Below are positions 63,176 to 64,000 of a stretch of 64,000 nt of DNA, one piece after another. Both the position numbers and the translations under genes were made by a program. The DNA is from a bacterium (GTDB lineage Bacteria; SAR324; NAC60-12): contig CBDBHR010000027.1 of assembly GCA_965205865.1 (NCBI GenBank), positions 170,923-234,922 on the forward strand, given 5' to 3'. The stretch's first letter is position 1. The number at the start of each line of letters is the position of its first letter. The notes under the pieces were generated by a model. It worked only from the letters and a program-made list of their open reading frames with translations, searched no databases and had not been told where the DNA came from.

Positions 63176-64000
63176 CTATTCCCCTAAAATCCCTCGAATT
63201 TTCTGTACTTTGTCAAACTGCTTTTCCCTTCTAGGTTTGACGTCCCATTCCTGGTTTTCCATGAATTTTTCTTTGAAGAATCGAGCCAGTTTGATTTTGT
63301 CACCTCCTTCAAATTTTTCCAATTCATGGAAACGGTCTTTATATTGGGGGATGGTTTTCAATGCTTCAATCAATTTTTCCACAGGGGACATTAGTGCCCG
63401 TTTTTCTTCTTGAGCCTTTGCCTCTGCTGCCAACCGGGCTTCCTCTTTTTTTCGTTTTGCTTCCATCTGTTCTTTTTCCTTCTGTTTTTCCTCTTCTTCT
63501 TTCCATTTTTGCAGAGAAATGGGAGCAAATTGTCCGAATCCAATAGCCGTTTTGGAACCAAAGCCAATATCCGACACATCTTTGTTTTCAAAAACCCGCA
63601 TGAATTTTTCGATATATTCCGGATGTTTTTGAGATAGATCGGGATGGATCAAGAACACAAAGTTCCATTTTTGCTGACCATGCTGCGGATCAACGCTGAG
63701 ATAAGCATTAGGAACCGGTTGCTGGGATTCAGTGGGGCCGATTTTTCCTTTTCCAGAATAATAATTACCATAGTGTGGTGTCATGATCTCCTTTTTCAAG
63801 CGGGGAAAGGTGGCAGGAAATGCGTCTAAAAAAATAATTTTTCCCCGTTGTGCCTGGCTCTCTGCTTTCCCTTGCTCTTCTGCACCACCAAAGAGTTCTT
63901 TGAAAAGTGGGTAATTTTCATTGACCAGATATTCGTGTTCTTTGTTTTTTATTAAGAATCCTTCTTTCTTGGCCGCCAAGCATTCATCAGTTGTCTTCAA
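63176..64000 (-). CDS. cmr6: Cmr6 duplicate, partial (cut by the window edge)
   Basis: Identical to the C-terminal part of 47398-48813. Confidence 0.85.
   Translation of the reverse strand: MKTTDECLAAKKEGFLIKNKEHEYLVNENYPLFKELFGGAEEQGKAESQAQRGKIIFLDAFPATFPRLKKEIMTPHYGNYYSGKGKIGPTESQQPVPNAYLSVDPQHGQQKWNFVFLIHPDLSQKHPEYIEKFMRVFENKDVSDIGFGSKTAIGFGQFAPISLQKWKEEEEKQKEKEQMEAKRKKEEARLAAEAKAQEEKRALMSPVEKLIEALKTIPQYKDRFHELEKFEGGDKIKLARFFKEKFMENQEWDVKPRREKQFDKVQKIRGILGE

Larger units (their letters stand above)
56920..64000 (-). repeat. Inverted duplicate of 47989-55068, running off the window end
   Basis: Mirror coordinates sum to 111988/111989; duplicated ORFs identical except one extra base (60784-60787) and one synonymous substitution (62825) that I noticed. 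Confidence 0.97.

Noticed and set aside
57920-64000. A second independent cas operon
   Set aside because: It is near-identical to the first, including spacers and the cas1 frameshift, so it is a mirror copy and not a separate system.

Overview
Bacterial chromosomal window; gene content and style are suggestive of a deltaproteobacteria-like/SAR324-like organism, but this cannot be confirmed from sequence alone. Positions 1-37.7 kb hold mostly housekeeping and metabolic genes (lysS, carA, ahcY, plsX-rpmF-yceD, ferredoxin, tRNA-Gln, hflK, folD, cfa, pepA, deoD, argJ, 5-oxoprolinase). They also hold a ferritin-like DUF455/ATP-grasp fusion, a PhoX remnant and several REP/MITE-like palindromes. Positions 39.9-56.9 kb carry a complete type III-B (Cmr) CRISPR-Cas locus: cas6, cmr1-6, a CARF-adenosine deaminase effector (Cad1/CAAD-like), a second CARF-HEPN effector, an N-terminally frameshifted cas1, two cas2, a leader and a 36-repeat array. 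Spacers are T-rich on the crRNA strand, and several are antisense to RBS+ATG regions. From 56920 to the window end the sequence is a near-perfect inverted copy of 47989-55068, joined inside the array; this is most likely an amplification or assembly fold-back chimera.
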